Source: an uncultured bacterium (GTDB taxonomy: Bacteria; Acidobacteriota; HRBIN11; JAKEFK01). Taken from it: a stretch of DNA of 64,000 bases. The notes below the pieces were generated by a model. It did not search any database. It was not told the origin of the DNA and saw only the letters and a list, made by a program, of their open reading frames with translations. The stretch is taken from NCBI GenBank assembly GCA_963777505.1, contig CAVZQN010000008.1, positions 426,609-490,608 of the forward strand, given 5' to 3'. Shown one piece after another: positions 23,010 through 34,094 of this stretch. Positions within the stretch are counted from its first letter, which is position 1. Every line of letters begins with the position of its first letter. The translations under genes and the position numbers were made by a program.

Positions 23010-24104
23010 TTAAGCCAGGTCGAAGCGATCAAGGTTCATCACCTTGTTCCACGCTGCTACAAAGTCGCGCACGAACTTCTCCTTCGAATCTTCCTGTGCG
23101 TAAACCTCGGCGACCGCTCGGAGTTGAGAGTTGTAGCCGAACACGAGGTCGACTGCTGTCGCTGTCCACTTGATCTCGCCTGTGGTGCGGTCACGTCCCT
23201 CATATATATTCTTATCCGAACCGGATTCCCTCCACTCCGTGCTCATGTCGAGCAGGTTAATGAAGAAATCATTGGACAACGTCCCGGGTCGCTTGGTGAA
23301 GACACCATGTTTCGACTGCCCCGAGTTTGCATTCAGCGTCCGCAAACCACCAACCAGGGCCGTCATTTCGGGTGGAGTCAAATTTAGAAAGAACGCACGC
23401 TCCACCAGCAGCGTTTCGGGAGGCAACTCCTCGCTAGCCTTTAAGTAGTTGCGGAAACCGTCGAAGGTAGGTTCGAGCACAGCAAATGACTCCACATCGG
23501 TCTGATCCTGCGATGCGTCCGAACGCCCCGGCGCGAACGGGACCGTGATGTTGTACCCCGCTTTCTTCGCCGCTTCTTCAACAGCTGCGCACCCGCCCAA
23601 CACAATCAAGTCGGCGAGCGAAACTTTCTTTCCGCCGGACTGTGTGGAGTTAAAGTCCTGCTGGATCTTTCCGAGTGTCTGCAACACTTTCGACAGTTCG
23701 GCAGGGTTGTTTACTTCCCAATCCTTCTGTGGTGAGAGGCGGATTCGAGCTCCATTGGCTCCGCCACGCTTGTCGGTACCCCGGAAAGTCGCCGCCGACG
23801 CCCAAGCGGTTAAGATCAACTGGGTAATGGACAGTCCTGAGTTGAGAAGCTTGCCCTTTAGGGAAGCGATCTCGTTCTCGCCGATTAGTTCAGAGTCGAA
23901 TTTAGGAACGGGGTCCTGCCAAATTTGCGGTTCTGCAACCCACGGGCCGAGGTAGCGCGAGACGGGTCCCATGTCACGGTGGAGTAGCTTGTACCATGCC
24001 TTAGCAAATGCATCGTTGAGCTTCTCCGGCTGCTCGTGAAAGCGCTTGGAGATCGGCGCATAGGTCGGATCCACTTTCAAGGCAAGATCCGTTGTAAGCA
24101 TCAT
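23010..24104 (-). CDS. katG: catalase-peroxidase KatG, C-terminal half (fragment; frameshift at about 24150 separates it from 24127..25296)
   Basis: [47 protein letters not shown] is the inter-domain segment of KatG. In the correct frame the upstream residues read ..[18 protein letters not shown]. Confidence 0.85.
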   Translation of the reverse strand: MMLTTDLALKVDPTYAPISKRFHEQPEKLNDAFAKAWYKLLHRDMGPVSRYLGPWVAEPQIWQDPVPKFDSELIGENEIASLKGKLLNSGLSITQLILTAWASAATFRGTDKRGGANGARIRLSPQKDWEVNNPAELSKVLQTLGKIQQDFNSTQSGGKKVSLADLIVLGGCAAVEEAAKKAGYNITVPFAPGRSDASQDQTDVESFAVLEPTFDGFRNYLKASEELPPETLLVERAFFLNLTPPEMTALVGGLRTLNANSGQSKHGVFTKRPGTLSNDFFINLLDMSTEWRESGSDKNIYEGRDRTTGEIKWTATAVDLVFGYNSQLRAVAEVYAQEDSKEKFVRDFVAAWNKVMNLDRFDLA

Positions 24105-24126
24105 TGTTGTCTGCCGCTTCGATGAA

Positions 24127-25350
<1,224 letters not shown>

Positions 25351-25396
25351 CTACCACGTCCTCCTGTTTATCCTTAGTGAGTTTTTTTTTAACCTT

Positions 25397-25774
25397 TTAA
25401 GGGTTACTGGTTGAGCTGCAAGCCGGACAGATTCCAAGAAACTCAATTCGAAATTCGAGTATCCGGTATCGACGCAGTCTGGACTTTGGTACGAAATCAA
25501 TTTCACGCTGTGGTATGTCTTCAAGACGATTGCAGTTTGCACAGCGCAAATGGGAATGCTTTGAAAGATTTGCATCAAACCGTGAGGCGCCGCCATGCGT
25601 TGTATTAATTTCAAGCAGCTTCCCTTCTACGGTAAGTTGTTTTAGATTCCGGTAAACCGTTCCAAGACTAATGCGGGACATCTTCGTGCGAGCCTGTTCA
25701 TATACCCAGTCCGCAGTCGGATGGCTCATCGTTGAAGCAACAATGTCATAAATCAGTGTTTTCTGCCGGCTCAT
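25397..25774 (-). CDS. Fur family transcriptional regulator, PerR-like (adjacent to katG)
   Basis: The protein has the Fur-type C-terminal metal site ..SHLRCANCNRLEDI.. and a winged-helix N-terminus. The start is MSRQK at 25774. The ORF-table start at 25834 would read through its own operator. Confidence 0.7.
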   Translation of the reverse strand: MSRQKTLIYDIVASTMSHPTADWVYEQARTKMSRISLGTVYRNLKQLTVEGKLLEINTTHGGASRFDANLSKHSHLRCANCNRLEDIPQREIDFVPKSRLRRYRILEFRIEFLGICPACSSTSNP

Positions 25775-25782
25775 CTTAGTAT

Positions 25783-25797
25783 TAGTAACGATTACTA
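25783..25797. promoter_or_regulatory. palindrome TAGTAA-CGA-TTACTA (6-3-6) immediately upstream of the Fur/PerR-like gene; candidate Fur/Per box (autoregulation)
   Basis: The inverted repeat is perfect in the sequence, is AT-rich, and lies 9 nt upstream of the ATG. This matches the general architecture of Fur-family operators. Confidence 0.35.
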
Positions 25798-25885
25798 TTT
25801 TACCTTTTAGGAATACCGGAAGCAATCCCCCCACACGTTTTTCTTGATCAAAAATTACTATCTACAAATTGCAATAGATAAGAAG

Positions 25886-27355
25886 TTATGAGGCAGAGTC
25901 GGCTGGCTTAAACCTGATGTAAATGTGATCCTGGATCCAATGAGGATCCCACCATTCCGTTGGGTTGATCGGAATACCATGTAAAAAAAGTCCAAAGTGA
26001 AGATGATCACCGGCTGCTAATCCAGTTTCACCACTTCTTCCCAATACTTGTTTTTTCTTTACTGATTGTCCCTGTTTAACATCGATTGAGCTAAGATGTC
26101 CGTAAAGTGAAATGAGCCCATATCCATGATCAATCAACACACAATTTCCATAGATTCCAAGGTAATCAGCATAAACTACCAATCCATCGTTCGTTGCTTC
26201 AATCGGATATTGCTGCACCACAGATAGATCAAATCCAACATGATCCTGATGATCGATCACTTTTCCTTCATATGTATATGTTCGATGATCGGCAAATAGG
26301 GCTTCGACCTGGGATTTGCTTAACTGTAAAAACGCGCCGTTCCACAAAAACCGTTGTGGCGACTTTTCTGAAAGATTCTTTATTAAGGCATGATTCACCT
26401 GACGGAGCTTGTTGTTGATTTCAAGAAAGCTCTTCAATGGATCACCCTGATCCTGTACATCAGAAGTTCTGGAGAGAATTTCAGGGACAACCTTTTGAAG
26501 GAAGTCATCCTGAATTTTGATTTCGCTTTCGCGAAATTTTTTGGGAAACAATTTAAACCAGAATCCAGCGACGGCCTGGTTTCCTGCCTCATCTCGGGCC
26601 ACAATCTTCAAAGGAGCTTTTGCATCCATGTTATATGCAAATGCAAAAAGAGAGAATTTCAAATCCTTTTCTCCGCCGCTCACCGGATAACCTGGGAAAA
26701 AATTAGGTCCGGCCTGAACACCCGACACTACTGCATCAGGTGAAACGCGATAGACCACACACTCGGAGCCGCCTTGATTGATGTAATGTTGTCCTGAAAT
26801 GACCTGCAATCGCGGTGGATAAAGATCGAAAACAAAACTCTTTTGATTTTCAACGCTGTTGCCACGGAAAAAATTCCGGAGCGAGTGATCTACTGCCGAA
26901 AATTTAAGGACAGCAGGTCCATCTTGAACTTTATATTTTGCAGCAATTAATTCGCCTAATTGGAAGGTCTTCGTTTGGCGATCTCCCAATTGCCAGAACT
27001 TCCCCAGTGTTGGACCTGCGTATTGTTCCTCAACCAAAGGAATGGTCTGATTTTTTTGAGTTAGTGTTGCGGAGAACTGTTTGAGTCCACTGCCCGAATC
27101 CTGAACTGTAATTGATATTTGAGGGTTGCGGCCTAATGCTTTGAAATCTTTTTCCAACAGAACCACCGGAGGCTTCCCTTCCCAGCGTGGCCAGCTCATA
27201 ACCAGTGCAACGGTCAACGCCAGTACTACAACAACGATAAGAATAGGAAACAATCGGATTCGTGATTTGCGCTCTCCGTAGAAATCTTTTTTCGATTGGT
27301 CTGCTTTAGGGTTTCTGTAATAATCTTTTTTCATGAAACTATAATTCCTCTTCAA
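25886..27355 (-). CDS. M23 family metallopeptidase with an N-terminal membrane anchor
   Basis: The C-terminal M23 motifs are HGYGLISLYGHL and GDHLHFGLFLHGIPINP. Confidence 0.8.
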   Translation of the reverse strand: MKRNYSFMKKDYYRNPKADQSKKDFYGERKSRIRLFPILIVVVVLALTVALVMSWPRWEGKPPVVLLEKDFKALGRNPQISITVQDSGSGLKQFSATLTQKNQTIPLVEEQYAGPTLGKFWQLGDRQTKTFQLGELIAAKYKVQDGPAVLKFSAVDHSLRNFFRGNSVENQKSFVFDLYPPRLQVISGQHYINQGGSECVVYRVSPDAVVSGVQAGPNFFPGYPVSGGEKDLKFSLFAFAYNMDAKAPLKIVARDEAGNQAVAGFWFKLFPKKFRESEIKIQDDFLQKVVPEILSRTSDVQDQGDPLKSFLEINNKLRQVNHALIKNLSEKSPQRFLWNGAFLQLSKSQVEALFADHRTYTYEGKVIDHQDHVGFDLSVVQQYPIEATNDGLVVYADYLGIYGNCVLIDHGYGLISLYGHLSSIDVKQGQSVKKKQVLGRSGETGLAAGDHLHFGLFLHGIPINPTEWWDPHWIQDHIYIRFKPADSAS

Positions 27356-27421
27356 ATAATTATGACTTTCGCATCAGTCATATGGTAACCATGACTTCAA
27401 CATAAAGCCACCGGCCTGGAA

Positions 27422-27480
27422 AGATTGGATGCAAAATGAGCTCAATTTGAAATTTGCAATCTAGAATTTGCGAGATGCAA
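27422..27480. repeat. copy of the TTGCAAATTGCA / GAGCTCAATT intergenic repeat family
   Basis: The sequence is AGATTGGATGCAAAATGAGCTCAATTTGAAATTTGCAATCTAGAATTTGCGAGATGCAA (compare 29236 and 31369). Confidence 0.45.
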
Positions 27481-27528
27481 CAACAAAAAAGAAGGACGAA
27501 CGTGTTATTATGCTCGTAGTTTCACAAC

Positions 27529-29235
27529 ATGAATCTTCAGATCCGGATTCTTTCAATTTGTGGGATTTTTCTTTTCGCTTCGTCTCTTCTTGCAGTGCCA
27601 ATTCTAAAACCACTCAGTTGTAGCCAGGAAAATTCCCTTCACTCGATCTCTGGCACCGTTCGTACTTCGATTGAATTTCAAAATGAGACTTCTAAGACAT
27701 TAAAGATTTTCTGGATCAATTATCAGGGAAACCGTGAGCTCTTTCGGAGCCTTGGACCCGCACAATCGTACGTGCAGCCCACGTTTGTAACACATCCGTG
27801 GGTGGTAACAGAAGCAAACAACAGTTGTTTTTCCATTTTTGTTCCACTGAACACTCCTTCGATTGCGAAAATTCAAAATACGCTCCATGACATTTCAATA
27901 AGCTCGGGAATCGCAAACAATACAATCGCCACAGCGGGCGTGCAGGCGATTGACTACAATAACGACAAAAAACAGGACCTGGTATTGATCGGAAAAAATG
28001 GGAATGCGCTGTTCAAAAATGTAGGAAAGGGCAAGTTTGTCAATGTTACAGAGCAAACTAAGTTTTCAAATGCCGGTCGAGATGCACGCGGTGCTTCCTG
28101 GACTGACATCGATAACAATGGGTTTCCTGATGTGATTATTGCCAACGCCACGGGCGCCCCTACGATTCTAAGAAATAATCGTGGCATCTTCAGTGATGTT
28201 AGTAATTTATTTTCGGCCAACGAGGTTGCAGGAAAATCCGAAACTGGAACGCGCGGTGGAGTTTGGATAGACATTGATAACGACAGGTTAATTGATGTGT
28301 TCCTAATCAAAGATGGCGTTCCCAACGAGATGTTCAAACAAACCAGTTTCATGAAATTCACTGATATTTCGAAAACAGCTGGTATTGCATCAACAAGTGC
28401 GGGACGCTCTGCAGTTGCTGCAGATTTTGATGAAGATGGATTTCAGGACATCTATCTGGCAAATTTCAAACAACCCTGTAAGTTTTACCATAACAACGGA
28501 AATGCTACTTTTAACGAGATCAGCAAATCCAGCGGTATAGATTTTAGCGGGGCAAGCGTGCAAGTCTCTGTCGTTGATTTTGATTCCGATGGAAGGATGG
28601 ATCTATTCATTGTGAATAATGAGGGACCCTCATTCTTTTTCAAAAATGTTGGTAATTTGAATTTCCAAAAAGTCATACCCAATTCATTAAAATCAGCAAA
28701 GAAAGGGATTGCTGCCGCATTTGTTGATTACAATTTGGATGGGAATCAAGATCTTGTTCTCGCCCAAACGCTGGGTGGGAACCGTTTGTTCAAAAACAAC
28801 GGTCAGGGAAAATTCGTAACGGTTCCGGGAATTGATCTGAGCCGTCCAGACAACCCAACAGGTATTACTGTAGGCGACTTTAATAATGATGGCATTCCGG
28901 ATGTAATGATCGGAGATGGTGGAACAGATCAAGACCGGGGTGATTCTCTTTTCAAGAACGACGGCGGTGGCAATCACCTGACATTAGTTCTGCAAGGGAC
29001 CGCCAGCAATCGGTCTGCAATAGGTGCAGTTGTAATATTGCAATTAGGTGTTCTTATTCAAGCTCAACAGGTAACCGGTGGAAACGGCACGAGTCAAGAA
29101 AGTCTCGCTCTGGAGTTCGGATTGGGATCTGCAACAAATGCTGACATACGAATTGTTTGGCCGAGTGGAATTGTGCAAAGACTCGAAAATGTTCAGGCAA
29201 ATCAGGTACTTAGAATCGCCGAAGCAGCCCAGTAA
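27529..29235 (+). CDS. secreted CRTAC1/ASPIC-UnbV family protein with FG-GAP/VCBS-like repeats
   Basis: A signal peptide is present, and the repeated motifs DIDNNGFPDV / DFDEDGFQDI / DFDSDGRMDL are typical of FG-GAP repeats. Confidence 0.75.
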   Translation: MNLQIRILSICGIFLFASSLLAVPILKPLSCSQENSLHSISGTVRTSIEFQNETSKTLKIFWINYQGNRELFRSLGPAQSYVQPTFVTHPWVVTEANNSCFSIFVPLNTPSIAKIQNTLHDISISSGIANNTIATAGVQAIDYNNDKKQDLVLIGKNGNALFKNVGKGKFVNVTEQTKFSNAGRDARGASWTDIDNNGFPDVIIANATGAPTILRNNRGIFSDVSNLFSANEVAGKSETGTRGGVWIDIDNDRLIDVFLIKDGVPNEMFKQTSFMKFTDISKTAGIASTSAGRSAVAADFDEDGFQDIYLANFKQPCKFYHNNGNATFNEISKSSGIDFSGASVQVSVVDFDSDGRMDLFIVNNEGPSFFFKNVGNLNFQKVIPNSLKSAKKGIAAAFVDYNLDGNQDLVLAQTLGGNRLFKNNGQGKFVTVPGIDLSRPDNPTGITVGDFNNDGIPDVMIGDGGTDQDRGDSLFKNDGGGNHLTLVLQGTASNRSAIGAVVILQLGVLIQAQQVTGGNGTSQESLALEFGLGSATNADIRIVWPSGIVQRLENVQANQVLRIAEAAQ

Positions 29236-29320
29236 TAACCCCCCAAAAACTTATTGCAAATTGCAGATTGGAAATTGCAAAATGCAAAATAAGTTCAATC
29301 TAAAATTTGCAATTGTACAA
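29236..29320. repeat. copy of the TTGCAAATTGCAGATTG.AAATTGCA intergenic repeat
   Basis: AACCCCCCAAAAACTTATTGCAAATTGCAGATTGGAAATTGCAAAATGCAAAAT... matches 31369-31415, which has AACCCCCAAAGCTTATTGCAAATTGCAGATTGTAAATTGCA. Confidence 0.55.
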
Positions 29321-29491
29321 GGAGTTATTAAAGTAGGGAGACCGATCGTAGACACTAATGTTTAACAAAATCGGTTCAGCCAAGCAATTTGCAAAGATCG
29401 TTGATTTCTTACGTTATACTAAGATTAAATCGGGAGGTTGATTCGACATGCGCAGCTGTGGAAGAATAATGAATTCTTGATGAGGTACTAA

Positions 29492-30151
29492 ATGAACGAT
29501 GCAACATTATTTCAGGAATTAAAAGGGGCAGTCCAGGGACAGGTATTAAACGACTCCGAAAGTTTGAATGCGGTTAGCGGCGACTTCGGAAGGATGATCA
29601 CGCGCGTTCCCCGGGTGGTGGTCAGACCTTCTTCTGCAGAAGACATTGCGGCTGTGATTCGCACGGGAATCCGCTATAACCTACCGGTCAGTTCCCGTTC
29701 AGCGGCGCACAGCCAGAGCGGACAGGCGTTAAACCAAGGTGGAATTTTGCTTGATATGACCGCACTAAATCAACATTTTGAGGTAGACACTGAAGAAAAA
29801 ACATGCACTGTCGATGCTGGAATTCTCTGGAATGATCTGGTTAATCGACTGAAGCCCAACAAATTGATTCCGCCGGTTCTGACAAACAATCTGAATGTTA
29901 CTGTTGGCGGCACGCTTTCTATGGCGGGAATCGGAGTTGCTTCTTTCCGATATGGAGTGCAGGGAGACAACTGTATTGGCTTGCAGGTGGTTACAGGAGC
30001 CGGAGATGTTGTCGAGTGTTCTCCAAGCGTAAATTCGGAGCTGTTTTCATCACACTCTTTGTGGTCTCGGTCAATTTGCCATTATTGCGCGCGCGAAGCT
30101 CAAGCTTCGTTCACACAAATCTCATGTACGTACATTCTTTCTTGTTTATGA
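29492..30151 (+). CDS. FAD-linked oxidase (PCMH-type FAD-binding domain), N-terminal fragment. The frame is lost at the T4 run at 30044-30047.
   Basis: The PCMH-type FAD-binding domain shows ..RVPRVVVRPSSAEDIAAVIR...VSSRSAAHSQSGQAL... After ELF the correct frame reads HHTLCGLGQFAIIARAKLKL, which is typical of this family. Confidence 0.75.
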   Translation: MNDATLFQELKGAVQGQVLNDSESLNAVSGDFGRMITRVPRVVVRPSSAEDIAAVIRTGIRYNLPVSSRSAAHSQSGQALNQGGILLDMTALNQHFEVDTEEKTCTVDAGILWNDLVNRLKPNKLIPPVLTNNLNVTVGGTLSMAGIGVASFRYGVQGDNCIGLQVVTGAGDVVECSPSVNSELFSSHSLWSRSICHYCAREAQASFTQISCTYILSCL

Positions 30152-30155
30152 TGAT

Positions 30156-30776
30156 TTGAAAGCGGTTCTTCGTGATCAGCGAGCGCTGATTGAAGAGGGT
30201 CGCATGGATTTTATCGAATCCTGGTGTACCCCTCTGCCTCTTGGATTTAAGAAAGTCATGGAGATGAAGCAAACTTTTGGTGAATGGTTTTTCCCAACAC
30301 AACTGACATTTGAATTTGATCCAGAAGGTCCACTGCCCGAGAAAGAAAAATGTCTGCAAGGTCTGAGCTACTATCGTCACAGCCATACAGAAGACATGGA
30401 AATTTATGATTTTGTCAGCCGCCTCGAAAATGTGTTTGAGATCTGGAAGCGAATGGGTTACTGGGCTAACGCCCATCCATGGATGGAAACTCTGCTTCCA
30501 TGGGATGTCGCAGAAAAATATATGAATCAGATTTTGCAGATTCTTCCACCCGCTGCGCTTGGCGGAGGGCACGTGCTATTCTGGCCGTCCAGCGGACGTA
30601 CCTCGAATCTGCCATTATTTAAGCGCCCTGATTCCGATTACATTGTCGGTTTTGGAATTCTTCCCGGTGTGCCAAAAGATCTGCTTGACCATGCCATCCC
30701 GCGCTTGAACATGGCAAGCGAATTGAGTGAAGCACTCGGTGGCAAGCGCTACCTTTCAGGTCTCAGTCCAGTTTGA
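30156..30776 (+). CDS. FAD-linked oxidase, middle/C-terminal fragment of the same gene. Real coding begins at about 30048, and a second indel at about 30759 shifts into a tail ending at 30891.
   Basis: The sequence is continuous with 29492.. in this frame. After the second shift the tail reads ..VQFDQNKWKEHYDTNWSEMKRMKKKYDPNGVLNPGFIDFTA*, the conserved C-terminus of this enzyme family. Confidence 0.7.
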   Translation: MKAVLRDQRALIEEGRMDFIESWCTPLPLGFKKVMEMKQTFGEWFFPTQLTFEFDPEGPLPEKEKCLQGLSYYRHSHTEDMEIYDFVSRLENVFEIWKRMGYWANAHPWMETLLPWDVAEKYMNQILQILPPAALGGGHVLFWPSSGRTSNLPLFKRPDSDYIVGFGILPGVPKDLLDHAIPRLNMASELSEALGGKRYLSGLSPV

Positions 30777-30909
30777 TCAAAACAAATGGAAGGAACACTA
30801 CGATACAAACTGGAGCGAAATGAAACGAATGAAGAAGAAATATGATCCGAACGGCGTTTTGAATCCTGGGTTCATCGACTTCACCGCATAGGAATTAACG
30901 GAGTAAATC

Positions 30910-31359
30910 ATGAAAGAATTTGAACTCAAGCATGAGATCTTTGTGAAGGCCTCCGCCAAAAAAGTCTTTGAGGTCTGGACCGACTTCGAGCACTGGCCGC
31001 AGCTTTATCCCGAAACTTATGAAAGCGTAAAAGTTCAGCGGGAAGGCAATCGAGTCATGACAGAAGAAGTGATCAAAACAATGGCCGGAAAACAACAGGC
31101 CACAATTGAAACGGTTCTGGAACCTCCGCATCGTTATATCAGGTATTTCAAAGATGGTCCGATGGAAGGATCGATTCGCACGACTAGCCTGGAAACATCC
31201 AACGATGGAACTCTGGTTAAAACTCAGATGCAAGTGAAACTTGGGGGAATGGTTGCCATGTTACTCGGCGATCTCGCCGAAATGCTTTTCCAGAAGAATA
31301 TTGAAAAACTTTCGCAATCCCATGCGCGCGTCGCAGAAGTAGAAGCTCCTGAAAAATGA
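30910..31359 (+). CDS. SRPBCC (polyketide cyclase/dehydrase, START-like) family protein
   Basis: The gene encodes 149 aa, has an RBS acggag, and shows the typical length and pattern ..KVFEVWTDFEHWPQ.. Confidence 0.6.
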   Translation: MKEFELKHEIFVKASAKKVFEVWTDFEHWPQLYPETYESVKVQREGNRVMTEEVIKTMAGKQQATIETVLEPPHRYIRYFKDGPMEGSIRTTSLETSNDGTLVKTQMQVKLGGMVAMLLGDLAEMLFQKNIEKLSQSHARVAEVEAPEK

Positions 31360-31368
31360 TGAAGACCA

Positions 31369-31525
31369 GCAATAACCCCCAAAGCTTATTGCAAATTGCA
31401 GATTGTAAATTGCATAGTGAGCTCAATTCGTCATTCGGAATTCGATTGTTCGTTAATCGGACTTCAAGAGTTAAAGGAAACTTGAAGTACGAATGACGAA
31501 GACGATTTACGAATTACGAATTAAA
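31369..31525. repeat. composite palindromic repeat (TTGCAAATTGCA block plus GAGCTCAATTCG.CATTCGGAATTCGATTGTTCGTTAATCGGACTTCAAG hairpin plus ACGATTTACGAATTACGAATT), abutting tRNA-Ser
   Basis: The 31414-31490 segment is nearly identical to 7148-7228, and the hairpin arms are ACTTCAAG/CTTGAAGT and CATTCG/CGAATG. Confidence 0.6.
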
Positions 31526-31526
31526 A

Positions 31527-31616
31527 CGGAGAGGGAGGGATTCGAACCCTCGATCCGCGTTACCACGGATAACTGCTTAGCAGGCAGCCCTGTTCGACCA
31601 CTCCAGCACCTCTCCG
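31527..31616 (-). tRNA. tRNA-Ser (anticodon GCU), class II with a long variable arm; CCA is not encoded
   Basis: The reverse complement folds as a tRNA with acceptor stem GGAGAGG/CCTCTCC, T-arm GAGGGTTCGAATCCCTC, and anticodon arm GCTGC-CTGCTAA-GCAGT, which gives anticodon GCU. Confidence 0.85.
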
Positions 31617-31715
31617 TAATTTCCAAAAAAGACAATATCCGTGCAGGATTATATCGGCAGGGAAACTCGATTATAGAAACTTCCCATACCTCAGTCAAAC
31701 ATAACAAGAGGAAGT

Positions 31716-31748
31716 ACGATTAACGAATCGCGACTACGAATTACGAAT
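31716..31748. repeat. ACGATTAACGAATCGCGACTACGAATTACGAATTC repeat, direct copy of 31497-31521, on the other flank of tRNA-Ser
   Basis: CGAATTACGAATT occurs on both sides of the tRNA gene, at 31509-31521 and 31735-31747. Confidence 0.5.
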
Positions 31749-32252
31749 TCACTCTGCTGGTTTCGTGCGTGGAGATAAATTACTAATCTGGAGATTTGTT
31801 ACTTCTACTCCAATATCATTTCCTTTTGAGCTCAGTTGAGATCGGATCGATCGAACCCAATCCGGGAATACTTCATCAAGCCTATCGAAATCCAATTCTT
31901 CCAATTGTTCTTTCATTAAGTCCTGAAGTTGAGACATCATATAAATACGCCAATCACGAACTCCTGATGCAAGCACCGGCTTGCGAACAATTGCATCAAG
32001 TGATGCCTGGAGTTGAATTGGAATTTCATCCTTTGTAATTGCTGATTGTGGCGGTAATGATACTGAAAAGGGTTCGACAGAGATGCGTTCCAGGCGATCA
32101 ACAAATGGAATGATCATTACTGTTCCGGGACCGGCTACAGAATCCAGTTTTTTCCCGAGTCTATAAATCACGCCGCGTTCGTTGTCAGGAACTTTCTTCA
32201 ACGAAGCGAGAATAAGAATTACAGCGATGATGGCCAGGAAAACATAGATCAT
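31749..32252 (-). CDS. SPFH/band-7 domain protein (short, single N-terminal transmembrane segment)
   Basis: NERGVIYRLGK..GPG..IPFVD is typical of SPFH domains. Confidence 0.6.
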   Translation of the reverse strand: MIYVFLAIIAVILILASLKKVPDNERGVIYRLGKKLDSVAGPGTVMIIPFVDRLERISVEPFSVSLPPQSAITKDEIPIQLQASLDAIVRKPVLASGVRDWRIYMMSQLQDLMKEQLEELDFDRLDEVFPDWVRSIRSQLSSKGNDIGVEVTNLQISNLSPRTKPAE

Positions 32253-32312
32253 AAAAAGTCACTTTAGAGGCCCGGCCTTCGCACCCCACCACCGCAAAGC
32301 CTGGCCTCTAAA

Positions 32313-34085
32313 TTATTTCTTGCGGGTTGCAGTAAAGACACCGTTCGGCTGACTGATGACGACTGAAGTGATAGCAATCTCTTCGTTCGACTTAAATTCA
32401 ACACTATAGCCTTCAAGGTTCTTAAGGTTAAATGATGTTCCGCGGACTGGATCAAGTTCGTAATCTGGTTGTCCAGGTACAGTCATCATCAAAATGTTCT
32501 CACCCCTTAACCATACTTTAATGACACTCCCTGCGAGATCGTATTCACCCACAAATTTTTGCACGAACTCGCGTTCACGCATTTTTAATTCACCTACACG
32601 TTTAAATACAATTTGGTCTACGGCAGGCTCTAGCGGAAGAGATAGTCTATCCACTTCAGCCTTCCCATTCATTTGAAAACTGAACATCATTTGTTCATAC
32701 ACTACATTATCAGCGGCTTTGAAGACATCGTAATGATAATGATTTAAGACAGTTGGTAAATCGTTAAATGTAGCTCTTAGTTGATCACCTTCTAACGTTA
32801 CATGAATTGTGCCGTATGCAGGGTGTTCATAATCGCCGACAAATTCACCGAGCGAATGTGAAGGTTGAGTTCCTAGTTTTCGATTAGGATCTCCGTTCTT
32901 TTCCAGTTTGACTTTGGTTTCTTCAGCCTTTTTGGTTTCATCATGAAAACGTTTGTTCCAATCAATCTCCTCTTTTCCCAGCAAACGATCGATCAAATTT
33001 AATCTTAGAATTCCAGGAACATATGAGCCATCCATGTTTGATAGCGCAACTACACCTATTTTCCTTTCTGGAAGCAAAGACACGACAGCAGTAAATCCAT
33101 CAATGCCTCCGGTGTGAGTTAGCATTTCTTCACCGCGATATGCAGTTACACCCCAGCCAAGCGCATAACTGTTGTAAAACAATTCCTTATACGGCCGCGG
33201 CGTTGGAATGACTATCTGAGGCAAATGAGTTTCCAGAACGGTTGTAGATGAAAGGATTTGTTTATCTTTAAATCTGCCTTCGCTCAATTGCATAACCATC
33301 CAGTTCGACATCTCTTTCACACTGGAGTTAATCGATCCGGCAGGTCCGACTGCTGTTATATTTCGGAATGGAATCTGTTTTACCTGCTCGTCTTCTTTGC
33401 GATATGGAAGAGCAAAGTCTTTTTTATTTTGAGTTTCCAAAACCGAAAAATTGCTTTCGTTCATTTCGAGAGGCACAAAAAAACGTTCCTTCACAAAATC
33501 TTCCCAACTTTTCTTTGCAATCTGCTCAACAAGGTAACCTGCGGTCATAAACATTAAGTTTTGGTATTGAAATGCTTCACGAAAACCCCGGCTCGGTTCT
33601 AGATACTGCAGCCGTTCCACCATTTCTTTTCTGGAAAGAGATGAGCCATACCACATTGCATCATGTCTTGGCAGGCCCGAACGGTGTGTAATTAAATCGC
33701 GCGGGGTCATGTGTTCGGTCACATAATCTTCATGCATTCGGAAGTCCGGCATGTATTCACGAATCGGACGATCCCATTCAATTTTTCCCTCTTCAACAAG
33801 TAACGCAAGGGCGGCACCTGTAAATGCTTTTGTGCACGATCCTATTGCAAAGATTGTGTCTTCAGTCACAGATTGTTTGTTTTCTACATCACGAAAACCA
33901 AAACCTTTTGTGTAAATCAGTTGTCCGTCCTTGACTACAGCAACAGCGACGCCTGGAGCTTTCCACTCCTTCATGATTGTGTCTGCGAATTTTTCAAAGT
34001 CTTTAAATTCATTTTTCTGTTTGTCCGCTGAATATAAGGGAACTACAGCAACAAAAAGAAGAATTGCGACCCAGATTCGTTTCAT
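32313..34085 (-). CDS. serine hydrolase of the beta-lactamase/transpeptidase fold (class C beta-lactamase-related) with an extra C-terminal domain; secreted
   Basis: A signal peptide is present, and the SxxK motif is AIGSCTKAFT in the N-terminal domain. Confidence 0.75.
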   Translation of the reverse strand: MKRIWVAILLFVAVVPLYSADKQKNEFKDFEKFADTIMKEWKAPGVAVAVVKDGQLIYTKGFGFRDVENKQSVTEDTIFAIGSCTKAFTGAALALLVEEGKIEWDRPIREYMPDFRMHEDYVTEHMTPRDLITHRSGLPRHDAMWYGSSLSRKEMVERLQYLEPSRGFREAFQYQNLMFMTAGYLVEQIAKKSWEDFVKERFFVPLEMNESNFSVLETQNKKDFALPYRKEDEQVKQIPFRNITAVGPAGSINSSVKEMSNWMVMQLSEGRFKDKQILSSTTVLETHLPQIVIPTPRPYKELFYNSYALGWGVTAYRGEEMLTHTGGIDGFTAVVSLLPERKIGVVALSNMDGSYVPGILRLNLIDRLLGKEEIDWNKRFHDETKKAEETKVKLEKNGDPNRKLGTQPSHSLGEFVGDYEHPAYGTIHVTLEGDQLRATFNDLPTVLNHYHYDVFKAADNVVYEQMMFSFQMNGKAEVDRLSLPLEPAVDQIVFKRVGELKMREREFVQKFVGEYDLAGSVIKVWLRGENILMMTVPGQPDYELDPVRGTSFNLKNLEGYSVEFKSNEEIAITSVVISQPNGVFTATRKK

Positions 34086-34094
34086 ACAACCCCT

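Noticed and set aside
31493-31723. 76-aa and 66-aa ORFs at 31493..31723 (+) and 31507..31707 (-)
   Set aside because: They overlap tRNA-Ser(GCU) and repeat elements and are spurious.
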